Assembly: GCA_964035575.1 (NCBI GenBank)
Contig: OZ037845.1
Coordinates: forward strand, 1,178,001 to 1,242,000
Length of the DNA stretch: 64,000 nt
Reading direction: 5' to 3'
Source of the DNA: Rhynchopus sp. YZ270_cl-10
Taxonomy: Eukaryota
Below are positions 24,540 through 35,967 of the stretch, one piece after another (the first letter of the stretch is position 1; each line of letters begins with the position of its first letter). The position numbers were made by a program, and so were the translations under genes. Under the pieces are notes generated by a model. The model had not been told where the DNA came from, ran no database searches, and saw only the letters and a list, made by a program, of their open reading frames with translations.

Positions 24540-25472
24540 ATGAAAGTGTGCTTCCTTGGAGTGGGCAAGATGGGTGCAGGGATGTGTCTGCGCCTTGCGG
24601 ATCAGGGCCACGAGGTGGCTGCATGGAACAGAACGAAGGCACGCGCGGACGCGATGCGTGAGGAGAGCGAGGCCAAGGAGAGGATTGTGGTGCACGAGGC
24701 GCTTGGGGACGTGCTGAAGGAGGGTGCTGCGGACGCAGCGAGTGCGCCGCCGATTGTGGCGATCCTTGGGACGATGCGGGACGTGGAGGAGCTGATTGAG
24801 AAGGCGGAGGCGGAGGTGCCTGGTGTGTGGAAGGGACGCACGTTTGTGAACCTTGTGTCGGGGAACCCTGACGAGGGGCGCACGATCGGGACGATGCTGG
24901 CTGCGAAGGGTGTGGGGCACTACGTGGACGCGGCCTACAGCGGTGGGCCTTCGAAGACGCGTGCGGGGACAGGGACGCTGTTCCTGTCGTCGGCAGACAA
25001 GGCGACAACAGACGTGCTGACGGAGGGCTTCCTGAAGGACCTGGGTGTGCCGATGTGGTCTGGGGATGTTGGGGCGAGCCGTGCGCTGGACTACGCAGTG
25101 GTGGACGTGGCGCTGGCTGTGTTCACGTCGTGGTCCGCCAACCTGAGCATGCTGGAGAAGGAGGGTGTGCCGCACGACCTTGTGATGGAGTCTATGCGTC
25201 AGCGCTTTGACGCTGTGCCCGGTGCCATGGGCCTCTACGCAGAACGCATGCGCGACCGCTCTGACGAGGCATACGCACACAAGCCTATCGCCACCGTTAA
25301 CTCCTGGCTCAACTTCACTGCAGGCCGCCTCCCCTACTTCAAGGCAAACGACTTCTCCACAGTCGTCCCCGACTTCGTTGCTGCCAACCTCACAAAATTA
25401 TCCGAAGCCGGCCACGGTGGCGACGACATGACACGTCTCCAGGAAATCACCCGCTACACCAAGCCGGAGTAG
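24540..25472 (+). CDS. NAD(P)-dependent oxidoreductase of the 6PGD/beta-HAD fold, imine-reductase-like
   Basis: GVGKMG Rossmann motif, WNRT, VNLVSG.P, YVDAAYSGGP, GDVGASRALDYA. Intronless. Confidence 0.85.
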   Translation: MKVCFLGVGKMGAGMCLRLADQGHEVAAWNRTKARADAMREESEAKERIVVHEALGDVLKEGAADAASAPPIVAILGTMRDVEELIEKAEAEVPGVWKGRTFVNLVSGNPDEGRTIGTMLAAKGVGHYVDAAYSGGPSKTRAGTGTLFLSSADKATTDVLTEGFLKDLGVPMWSGDVGASRALDYAVVDVALAVFTSWSANLSMLEKEGVPHDLVMESMRQRFDAVPGAMGLYAERMRDRSDEAYAHKPIATVNSWLNFTAGRLPYFKANDFSTVVPDFVAANLTKLSEAGHGGDDMTRLQEITRYTKPE

Positions 25473-25814
25473 CTACACCAAACCGGAGGTCTACAGTCGA
25501 GTTTACCCACGACTTTACCTTCCCCCAAAACGTTTATTCCCCCCTCCCTATTCTATCCTCCACGTGCAAGTATTCCTCGTCGTACCAATCGAAAACAAAT
25601 CTTTTTCCCCCTCTCCATTCTCTCCATTTACCACACACTTACCACCTACACCTGCAGTCACCACCCCTCTCTCTTTAACACATTCTTGGGGTCTCTCTCT
25701 TGCTCCCTCTCCCTCTCCTTTCCGCCCCACTTCCTTTACCTTACCACGGGGGCGTCGTCTTCGAGAGAGAAACCTGCGGGCGGTGCAGCAGGTCCCAGCC
25801 ACGCTCCTCCTGGG

Positions 25815-27236
25815 ATGGCCGACTACACACGCAGGGGCCCGGCACGCACTGTGGGTGTGGGTATGGTGGGGGTCCCTCCAGGTCCGGGGGGGAAGGGTGG
25901 GACGAAGGGGTCTCCCGTGAAACAACCGGGCATGGCGTCGCCGAGAACACCTGGCCAGGGTATGTCTGCACCAGCGGGCATGCACACCGGAGCGTTGCAT
26001 CACAACCAACACCACAACATCTTCGGCTCTCCCTCCACTGGGGTACGTCGTCAATCCCCCGCAGCCTCCCCGGGTAATGCCTACACAACCCACCCAGGAC
26101 CAGGAACTCCTGGACGTCAGCAGCCAGCTCCGTTCATTCCAGCGGTGCGTGAAAACGTACCACCACCAAACCGCAATGTACGCCCTGCTGCGCCTGAACA
26201 AAGAGGGGTAAGGGTGTTGGAGCATCGATCGGAGGGGCCACCACCTCAGTCTGTTTTAGGTCATACCAACGGAGGTCATGCGGAGCAGGGAAGACGGCCG
26301 ACCATGGAGGATGCACACGAGGCGCATCCTAACATTGCAGATGGGGTGAGCTTCTACTTTGTGTGTGACGGTCATAGTGGCAGAGGTATTGCTGATTTGT
26401 CTGCAAAGCTGTTGCCGCAGGCGATTCGGGAGAGTGACCCAAAGAGATTGCATTCGGCGCCAGCGTCGTTGTTGACAGACATCTTTGTTAAATGCGACAG
26501 AGATATGTTCAAGATGACGGCTCGCAACAGAGGGCGTGAGGGTGGCGCAACGTGCGTTGCTGCGTGCAGTATCGGCAACGACCTTTACCTTGCAAACCTA
26601 GGAGACAGTCGTGCAGTCCTCAGCGAAGCGGGGAAGGCAATCCAGCTGACAAAAGACCACAAACCGACGGACCCTCAAGAGGCGCAACGGGTACGCGATA
26701 TGGGCGGCTGTATCGCCTTTGGGCGGGTAGGTGGTTGTCTCGCAATCACCCGCGCATTTGGAGACTACGAGCTCAAAGGGGGCGACCGCGTTCTCCAAGA
26801 AGGCGCACCCATCCCTGTCTCAAACGTCCCCGAGATCTCCCACATCCAACTCTCCGCTACAGCAGAATTCTTGATTCTTGGGTGCGACGGAATATGGGAC
26901 GTCCTCTCCTCTCAAGAGGCCGTGACAAAGTGTCGTGAATTCATTGCAAAGGGTCCACAAAAGATGGCGCAAGAATTGGTCAAGTACTCCTTGGATAGAG
27001 GGACCACTGACAATGTGTCTGCCCTCATTGTTGTATTCTCGGAACGACGGGACGATGCTCAACAAGCAAATGGTACACGTAACGGCGCCCAGCCCTATGC
27101 AAACAACGGTTACCAACAGCCAGGCCACGCAGCCACAGCAAGGGCGCAACGCACCTATGGAGGACCAGGCCCCGCCCCGGTATCCCCAGGTAACGGACCC
27201 TTCCACGCCGCAACAGCTAGAAAGAGACCGCACTAA
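25815..27236 (+). CDS. Protein phosphatase 2C (PPM family) with low-complexity termini
   Basis: QGRRPTMED, DGHSG, ANLGDSRAV, DHKP, LAITRAFGD, LGCDGIWD and DNVS motifs. Confidence 0.95.
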   Translation: MADYTRRGPARTVGVGMVGVPPGPGGKGGTKGSPVKQPGMASPRTPGQGMSAPAGMHTGALHHNQHHNIFGSPSTGVRRQSPAASPGNAYTTHPGPGTPGRQQPAPFIPAVRENVPPPNRNVRPAAPEQRGVRVLEHRSEGPPPQSVLGHTNGGHAEQGRRPTMEDAHEAHPNIADGVSFYFVCDGHSGRGIADLSAKLLPQAIRESDPKRLHSAPASLLTDIFVKCDRDMFKMTARNRGREGGATCVAACSIGNDLYLANLGDSRAVLSEAGKAIQLTKDHKPTDPQEAQRVRDMGGCIAFGRVGGCLAITRAFGDYELKGGDRVLQEGAPIPVSNVPEISHIQLSATAEFLILGCDGIWDVLSSQEAVTKCREFIAKGPQKMAQELVKYSLDRGTTDNVSALIVVFSERRDDAQQANGTRNGAQPYANNGYQQPGHAATARAQRTYGGPGPAPVSPGNGPFHAATARKRPH

Positions 27237-27452
27237 GAAGGTCAAAAAAGGCGCAATGTTCTGTCAAAAAAGGGTAGAGGGGGGGGAAAACTACACTATT
27301 TTCCAAAAAAAAAGTCCTTGCGTGAAGGCTGGCTGTCTGGCTAAACAGGAGGGAAAAAAAAGTACGGCTTCGGCCAACATTGAATACAAACCCTATTAGC
27401 CCAAAGTGGGTTATTAGGCGATTGTCGACAAAAAAAAGAAGGGAAAATGACT

Positions 27453-29093
27453 ATAACACCCACGTTACTAATACCCATTTACGATAATACCCACTGGGTA
27501 TTATCGTAAACTTTTTGGGTATTATCGTAAAGTTTTTGGGTATTATCGTAAACTATTTGGGTATTAGTTTTGGGTATTATCGTAAACTTTTTGGGTATTA
27601 CCCAGGTACCCAGGTACGATGTGATTTAGCTGGCTACTCGCGCAAGGTATCAGAGGCGCTCGCACGCTGGTGAATGTGCAGACAAGGTATGGTTTCATCG
27701 ACCCCAGAGAAAATACAATTTTCACTAAATATATGGGGGGGGGTTTTTTTTTTACACAACTTTTTGCATCCCTGTCTTACATCCTCAAATTCAGGGTAAC
27801 CTTCCGGAAAGTCTGTCCTCTGCTCGCGGAGGACTAGACACAAGAAAATATTGCGTTCCCCCAGAAAACCAGTGCACATTTCACACTCCTTGTGGGTGGT
27901 CTTGTTGCCTTTTCGTCATAGTAATTTTGGCCCAGGCATGTTCTTGAAGCATGACAATTTAGTGTGTATGGGGCAGGGTGTTGTTTTGTTCTGAATTCTC
28001 TTTGTTATAACATCTAAGTCAATCGCGGGTGGTGGTTTGTGTAGCGTGAGGCACTCTTTTTAGCAAACTTCCTGCGGCTGCTAAAGTGTTATTTCTTCGG
28101 ATTTAACAACGTACAGCGTAACATAGTGGTTTCGCCTGGTCGACACAACCTTTGATAGATATGGGATAACCAACCCCCTTCGACCCCTTGTGGGTTCACT
28201 GAACAAGCCCTAGTGGTAGTTAAACGCGATTGACATTTACATTCCTAGAGATGAAAGAACAAGACAACACTTCTGTACCCGCGCATCAAAATTGTGGAAA
28301 ACTTTGCACCCCAAACACCCTCAACAACGCCCGCCAAAAGGCGCCCCTTGTTGCTGGGAGTTGGTTCTCATTGATACCTGCACAGCGGGCATTCCTCTGA
28401 GTCCAACGCATGTTTGGCCTGTCTGCGGCGTTGTACTTCAGGTGCACGAAGACAGGGTCTGGTGGTAAATTTTGCGTAGTACTGCGACGAGTGCTGCGTG
28501 GGTCTGGGAATATGGGTACCTGGGTACAGGATATTTGTTGTCAAAGACATCTTCCACCATGCATTGAGGAGGGTAAGACAGTGGTCGCAGTTTGTACTTG
28601 ATAGCATTACAACATTTAACTTCTCCACGGGGGTCTTGGGCCGTTCACTCGGTTATACCTTGACTACCGGAAGATATTCTTGAGGCCTTTTTGGTCTCTA
28701 GAATATCCGGTCTTCCCGAACGGAGGCACACTTTGTGTGTTACTACGACCTGGCAACTTCCAGCAGTAGGTTAAGTAATCTTTCTTGTAAATTGTTGGAA
28801 CATTATCTCCTCAGTGCATGAATGCCCCACGTGATTGGACACTTTTGTGTTTGTCATGTGGAGCTGTGGTTGCTCTTTCACGACTTTTTTCCTTGTACAC
28901 CAGTGTACCTGGGTACCTGGGTACCTGGGTACTACCCAACCTGGGTAATACCCAAAAAGTTTACGATAATACCCAAAAAGTTTACGATAATACCCAAAAC
29001 TAATACCCAAAAAGTTTACGATAATACCCAAAAAGTTTACGATAATACCCAGTGGGTATTATCGTAAATGGGTATTAGTAACGTGGGTGTTAT
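27453..29093. mobile_element. Fold-back-like DNA transposon remnant with ~165-190-bp TIRs built of tandem 21-bp subrepeats
   Basis: ATAACACCCACGTTACTAATACCCATTTACGATAATACCCACTGGG... is mirrored at the right end. Repeats of GGGTATTATCGTAAACTTTTT and GTACCTGG. Interior has no intact ORF. TA TSD possible. Confidence 0.85.
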
Positions 29094-32000
29094 GATAATT
29101 ACCCCAAAAAAGAAAGGTTCTAAGAAATGGGTGTGGGGATGGTGGGGCAAAAAAAAAGACATCTTAGTTTTTTTCTGGGTAGTTTTTTTAAGATGTGAAG
29201 GGTATATTGGCCTTAAGGCTGTCTTTGAACATTAGCCCTGTCCCTCTATTTTTTGGTTGATGTAATGTGGGTGCTCAAAACACCTTTATTTCCCCCATTA
29301 TGGGGTGCTTATCGACTACACCGTTCCCCATTCACGGTAGGTTGACCATGTCCCTCTTGTCAAGTCATTTCGACCAGCCTCTGTAGTGGAAAACCCTTCA
29401 GGGAAATCTAACCGTGATATATATTTTTTTCACCTGGTCGGATTGTTGCTTGAGGGACCGGTAACGTTTATGTTCTTTTTTCTCCCCCTTTTTTTGCGAT
29501 CATTCTCCCTTGTTGAGTGCGCTTTTTCTAGATTTTGTGGATATTTTCGTTCTCCCTTTCAAAACAAAAAAAAGTAAAAAGTTACTCTGACCCGACATTG
29601 AGTACAGATCTTTATACCAGTAGGTGTAAAGTGAATGTCGAGTACAGCATAAAATAAAATGGGTACCATTCCACGCCCAACCCCCCCTTCTCCCTTTTAA
29701 AAATGCCACACAGCTTACGAAATAAAATTAGCAAATATATGGTTTCCCTCCCCACTTTTCCTTTTTTTTTTAGTGTCTGTGTTTCGGAGTTTTGGCAAGT
29801 TTTTTCCCCCGGTGTTTGCGTCCGCTGATGAACGGTGAGGCGTGTGCACTTTTCATCTTCACTTTTTTTTTTTTTTGCACTATCCACTTGACGCTTTTAA
29901 GATGTGAGAGAAGTTTTTTTTTTTCCCTGCGAAAATAGTTCTCGCTGTGTGCTCCTTCCAAACCTTGGTTTCTTCTCGTACACGATCCCTTTAGTTCTTC
30001 TTTCTTTGCCCATTTTTTTCCCCGCTGCTAGGCAGATTGGAGAGAGTCTTAGGACCTGAGGGTGACCACCATTGTTCACAATTTCTTTACTTTTTAAAAG
30101 TGTATTGCACGGGAGACCTACCCCGTCTTTTCAAGTTTTCGTTTTTCTTTTTTAAATATACTCAGGCAGCGTTTGCTACTGGAGAGTGTTCCATACGGCC
30201 ATTGCCTAGGACAATGTGCACTGTCATTTTTTTTGCCTGCGTCCGCCCGATGAATGGTGAGGCGTTTTGCACTTTCAACTTCTCTTTTTTTTTTTTTTTT
30301 TTTGTTTTTTCCCTTCTCTTGAAAGGTGCATGGGGAGCTACACTCATTGAGGTAGCTGAATGGGGGTGCAAAAAAAAAAGTGCGCAAAAGAAGTACAAAT
30401 CATCCCCCTTCAGCTCATACTCCCTCTTTTACCTGATCCTCAGATCGGGTGGCGTGTTTGCGCCTTAATTTCGTTACAATCTTTAGCCACCCCCTTTTAG
30501 CCGATTTTTCTTTGGGATAGGCAACACCACAAAGGCTTTTTTTTTTGAATATGATAAGGTGACTAAGCACGAGAGGCTGGATCATCTTATAAACTTTTCT
30601 CTTTCTTTTCTTTCAGACGCAGAGCACCAACTCTCATGCTCCTATTATCCCGAAGGCTGGGCTTGCAGGGAGATGTAGGTGAGTACCTGCATAGCGCCTC
30701 TTTGCACCTCCCATTGCATTTCAAGGTGAGCAAATGCACACAACCACGAAGTTTAGGTTCCATCTTACCAACCTTTCTTTATCCATGTGCACAGAGAGGG
30801 TGTGCGTCTTTTCATCTGTTCTTTATTTTTTCCCCTAGAGGCTTTCATCTAAGTAGTCAATGATGTTTTTTGAGGAAAAAAAAGGGTGTAGGGAGGCCAA
30901 GAAAACAAAAGGATTCCATTCTGTGGGAGACTGTGCACGGCGTGTGGTTTATCTCCAGAACCCTTTTTTTGGCCTCAAAAGGGGTTTCCTCTGGCCAGGT
31001 AGGTGGGAGCGTATTGCAGTAATAAAATATATCAACACAGAGTATTTATTACAACACCTATTATACCCTTCTATTCAGTAGAATAGAAAGTATATGAAAA
31101 TAACACTTTACGCACAATTTTTTTTTTCTCTCTCTTTCTTCTCCCCTGATAATATCCTCGCCTGAGATTGCGTTCTTCTGTCTCGGTAGTGCAATGTAGT
31201 TTTTTTCTGTCTCTGGTTTTGATAACCGGTAGTGCAGTGCAGTGCCCCAATGTGTCCTCCAGGAGGTACGGTAAGGCGTAGTGCACGTTGCAACTTCTCT
31301 CTCTGTAGAAACCATCTCCCACACAGATCGCACTGTGTTCTATCAACGTCAACACCAGCGTAGTGCGCCTGGTTTTGCCCCCAAAAAAAAACTTCGATAT
31401 TCCAAAATAGGGGAAGAGAGAGACGGGCCTTCCTTAAGGAAAGGCAGGGTGTTCAGTGCACAGTAACTTTTTTTTGTATGTTTTCTTTTATGTGTTCAGT
31501 TCTGGTTCGGTTTTTCTCTCTTTTCTTCACCCAAGATACCCCCACAGCCCCCCTTTTTTAAACGTGTACATAAGATGATGTTCTTTCTTAACAGTTATTC
31601 TGGTTTTTGGTTTGTAAGATGTGCACGAAAAAACACATTTTTCAAGTATTTTTCTTTATTTTTTTTGGCTCTTTTGATTGGTGATCTCACGCAGGGAGTG
31701 TGCACTGCGCAAATTTTTGATGACAACCTCGTGGAGCGATTTCATGAGATTTGTACCTCAATTTTTGCCAAGCTGGTGTGAATTACATTGGAAGTTTGGG
31801 GTATCCCTTAGGACCCGAGAAGTACCTTTTTTTACATGTATTTCTTGGGAAAATCACACCACAAACACATTTTGTTTTTCTTCCATTTTTTTTGTTTAAC
31901 TGTATGCACGCCATGGGGCGTCATCCATTCAAAAAAAATCGTTTTTGTTTATTGGTGACCTGTATCTAGGTGTGCGTATTTTTTCCGTAGAAAGATACTC

Positions 32001-33057
32001 CCTCTCCCACTCCTTTGTTCTAGACTTCGACAGAACCAAACAGTGGACACTTTTGCGCGCACACAACTGTGCCAAAACTACACTATTCCACATTTTCGTT
32101 TTTTTTTTTTTTTTTTTCCACATGGAAACACACAAATCGATGTGGGTTTCTATACCTTTTTAGGCTTTCTCTCAACGATATTAGACGTGCGCAAGAGAGA
32201 GGGGCTCAGCTCTCAACTAAACACAGTGAAGTTTAGGTATATCTTGCTTTATTTTTTTACCCCCACAAGACATAGGTCACGAACGTTGCCTATGACAAGG
32301 CTATTTTTAGATGCAAAACTAACATAAAATACAAAAAACACAGTTGACTTAGTCCATACACACATTATTTGCTAGGTGGTTAAGCGCGAGAGGCTTAGGA
32401 TCATCTTAACTTTTGGTTCTGAAGACATGGTAACGTGCCTAAGCTGTCTCTAACGAGAGGTTCATCACCGTACCAACGGTTTTGGTCGCACGCTCGTTGC
32501 ACTGCCTTCTTCTTTTTTCTTTTTTGCTCCTCATTGGACCTTACACGTTCATGTTTTTACGTTACGTCTTGAGGCGGGCTTTACTCAACATTTGTTCGTC
32601 GTTTGGACGCAAAGGCAAAAGGGCGAAATACATGGATGTGATGCATCTGAACATTGGAGCAGAATGAGGTTTATACAATATCCGCTCCAAATGTTCGATA
32701 AAGCTCGCATGCCAAAGGATGTGGCTAAAGGGGGGTCATCAGGGTGGGGGGCAGTGCTGAGTGTACTTAAGTAGCGTGGAGTCGGTAGTTCACTCCCGTC
32801 CTCCCCCATCCTGGTTACTGCTGTTGCCATTGAAAATTGCACAAAAAAAAAAGTCCACGAAAAAAGAAGCAGGGGAAAAATAAATACACAGCGGGAAAAA
32901 TAAAATACAAAACCTTCGGCAAAAAAAAAAAAGGCATTACAAAAACACTCAGATGCGTAGTGTACCAAAAAGTATTCTGTTTCTGTTTTTTTTTTGGCTA
33001 GTTGATCTGAAAACTGTTGTCAGCAAACCACCCACCACACTTTCCTTCTCTTCTTGA

Positions 33058-33449
33058 GTGATGAAACATTATGCACATTTGACTAGAGTCTCGGACAGCA
33101 CAGCTGCATGACCGAGTAAAGCAACATACTCATTGATTCTGACAAGACACATTTCAGGTTCTCTTCTTTCGGGAGCACACTTCCGTCTCCACACAGCAAC
33201 ATGATGCACAAACACAACCATTCGGCCAGAGGTGGCCAACAAAGTCACGGCACCCTCGGTGGGGCTCGAAAAATTATGTCAAACTCAACAGGTCTGATTG
33301 TTGCTGCTCTCCTCTTTTGAACACAACCACTTCACATGACACCACACACAGCGAGCATGATGACAAAACTTCTTGGCAGCACCGCAAGCTGCTCCCAATA
33401 CACCTCTCAGGAGGATATGAGGGTTGGTCTTTCTTTCGCCCCTAGCTGA
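33058..33449 (+). ncRNA. snoRNA block 7: D (33058-33142), E (33201-33297), F (33357-33449)
   Basis: Near-identical to block 3 modules. Homology stops at about 33506, just before box C of type A. Confidence 0.86.
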
Positions 33450-33675
33450 CTCCACAACCTGTGCACATTCACACATCACACCACGATGCAACACACAACT
33501 GCAGCTTGGCCGACAGAATGCATCTGAGCTTAATGCAACGGGGTTACAACACCTTCCCTCTGCACTTCTGTTTCGCCACACTTCACACATGATGTATCAC
33601 TCTAATATTCCTCCCAGCACCTCAGCCACGTCACCCCACAGATACTCTTTTGATACAAACACATACCTTGCTCCA

Positions 33676-35967
33676 ATGCTACGCACGACACTGCTCCTCA
33701 CAGCTGTTGCGGCTGTCTCAGCTCAGCAGTGCTGGGCCAACGACGACTGCGCACCAAGCGAGTGGTGCCGTCCGCTTGAATGGTACGGCCACTGCCTCTC
33801 GTTCTACTCTGTCTGTGTGCCGAAGCGTGCAGAGGGTGAGACCTGTGGCGGTGCACGTCCATGCCGTGCCCAGCGCTGTCAAGACCACCTTTTGTGTGAG
33901 GGCGATGGTACGTACCACACACCGCTGTGTGTCCAACCCAAGCAGGAGACATGCACTCTGCAGTGCGGAACTGTTGTTGCAAACGGATGGATGGGCAACG
34001 ACGAGGGAACCAACGACTGCAACATGTGCAACTGCATCAACGGAGGTCTTGCGTGCACAAAGATGGGTTGCCCCAACAGCAAGGAGTGCCCGAAGCCTGA
34101 GCCCACCACCTGCACTCTTGGATGTGGCACTGTTGTCCCTGTCGGATGGGGTGGAAACGACGAGGGTGACAACGCTTGCAACACGTGCAGCTGCACTGAG
34201 AGCGGACACCTCATCTGCACTCTGATTGCGTGCCCTGACCTGCCTTGCCCAACAAAGAAGTCCTGTGAGCTTCAGTGTGGAACTGTTGTTGCTGATGGAT
34301 GGACTGGAAAGGGTGAGGGAACAAACGACTGCAACACTTGCTCCTGCAGAGATGGCGGTCTTGCGTGCACAAAGATGGGTTGCCCTAACAGCAAGGAGTG
34401 CCCGAAGCCTGAGCCCACCACCTGCACTCTTGGATGTGGCACTGTTGTCCCTGTCGGATGGAGTGGAAACGACGAGGGTGACAACGCCTGCAACACATGT
34501 GGCTGCATGGAGAGTGGTCTCCTTCGCTGCACTCTGATTGCGTGCCCTGACCTGCCTTGCCCAGCAAAGAAGTCCTGTGTGCTTCAGTGCGGAACTGTTG
34601 TTGCTGATGGATGGACTGGAAAGGGTGAGGGAACAAACGACTGCAACACTTGCTCCTGCAGAGATGGCGGTCTTGCGTGCACAAGGATGGGTTGCCCTAA
34701 CAGCAAGGAGTGCCCGAAGCCTGAGCCCACCACCTGCACTCTTGGATGTGGCACTGTTGTCCCTGTCGGATGGGGTGGAAACGACGAGGGTGACAACGCT
34801 TGCAACACGTGCAGCTGCACTGAGAGCGGACACCTCATCTGCACTCTGATTGCGTGCCCTGACCTGCCTTGCCCAGCAAAGAAGTCCTGTGAGCTTCAGT
34901 GCGGAACTGTTGTTGCTGACGGATGGACTGGAAAGGGTGAGGGAACAAACGACTGCAACACTTGCTCCTGCAGAGATGGCGGTCTTGCATGCACAAAGAT
35001 GGGTTGCCCCAACAGCAAGGAGTGCCCGAAGCCTGAGCCCACCACCTGCACTCTTGGATGTGGCACTGTTGTCCCTGTCGGATGGGGTGGAAACGACGAG
35101 GGTGACAACGCCTGCAACACATGTGGCTGCATGGAGAGTGGTCTCCTTCGCTGCACTCTGATTGCGTGCCCTGACCTGCCTTGCCCAACAAAGAAGTCCT
35201 GTGAGCTTCAGTGCGGAACTGTTGTTGCTGACGGATGGTCTGGAAAGGACGAAGGCACGAACGACTGCAACACTTGCTCCTGCAGAGATGGCGGTCTTGC
35301 GTGCACAAAGATGGGTTGCCCTAACAGCAAGGAGTGCCCGAAGCCTGAGCCCACCACCTGCACTCTTGGATGTGGCACTGTTGTCCCTGTCGGATGGGGT
35401 GGAAACGACGAGGGTGACAACGCTTGCAACACGTGCAGCTGCACTGAGAGCGGACACCTCATCTGCACTCTGATTGCATGCCCTGACCTGCCTTGCCCAA
35501 CAAAGAAGTCCTGTGAGCTTCAGTGCGGAACTGTTGTTGCTGATGGATGGACTGGAAAGGGTGAGGGAACAAACGACTGCAACACTTGCTCCTGCAGAGA
35601 TGGCGGTCTTGCATGCACAAAGATGGGCTGCCCCAACAGCAAGGAGTGCCCGAAGCCTGAGCCCACCACCTGCACTCTTGGATGTGGCACTGTTGTTCCT
35701 GTCGGATGGAGTGGACACGACGAGGGTGACAACGCCTGCAACACATGTGGCTGCATGGAGAGTGGTCTCCTTCGCTGCACTCTGATTGCGTGCCCTGACC
35801 TGCCTTGCCCAACAAAGAAGTCCTGTGAGCTTCAGTGCGGAACTGTTGTTGCTGACGGATGGACTGGAAAGGACGAGGGAACCAACGACTGCAACACTTG
35901 CTCCTGCAACGACGGAGCTCTCGGATGCACCAAGATTGCGTGTCTCGACTCGCTGACATGCCTCTAG
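33676..35967 (+). CDS. Secreted multidomain pacifastin-like serine protease inhibitor (13 domains)
   Basis: Signal peptide MLRTTLLLTAVAAVSA. Thirteen C-N-x-C-x-C-x2-3-G-x3-C-T-x3-C units in a 312-bp tandem repeat. Confidence 0.82.
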   Translation: MLRTTLLLTAVAAVSAQQCWANDDCAPSEWCRPLEWYGHCLSFYSVCVPKRAEGETCGGARPCRAQRCQDHLLCEGDGTYHTPLCVQPKQETCTLQCGTVVANGWMGNDEGTNDCNMCNCINGGLACTKMGCPNSKECPKPEPTTCTLGCGTVVPVGWGGNDEGDNACNTCSCTESGHLICTLIACPDLPCPTKKSCELQCGTVVADGWTGKGEGTNDCNTCSCRDGGLACTKMGCPNSKECPKPEPTTCTLGCGTVVPVGWSGNDEGDNACNTCGCMESGLLRCTLIACPDLPCPAKKSCVLQCGTVVADGWTGKGEGTNDCNTCSCRDGGLACTRMGCPNSKECPKPEPTTCTLGCGTVVPVGWGGNDEGDNACNTCSCTESGHLICTLIACPDLPCPAKKSCELQCGTVVADGWTGKGEGTNDCNTCSCRDGGLACTKMGCPNSKECPKPEPTTCTLGCGTVVPVGWGGNDEGDNACNTCGCMESGLLRCTLIACPDLPCPTKKSCELQCGTVVADGWSGKDEGTNDCNTCSCRDGGLACTKMGCPNSKECPKPEPTTCTLGCGTVVPVGWGGNDEGDNACNTCSCTESGHLICTLIACPDLPCPTKKSCELQCGTVVADGWTGKGEGTNDCNTCSCRDGGLACTKMGCPNSKECPKPEPTTCTLGCGTVVPVGWSGHDEGDNACNTCGCMESGLLRCTLIACPDLPCPTKKSCELQCGTVVADGWTGKDEGTNDCNTCSCNDGALGCTKIACLDSLTCL

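Noticed and set aside
33424..33675. N-terminal extensions in the ORF track (also 13559, 24429, 25686, 37368, 41226)
   Set aside because: They start at non-ATG codons and run through snoRNA or leader sequence. The first ATG gives a signal peptide or the family N-terminus.
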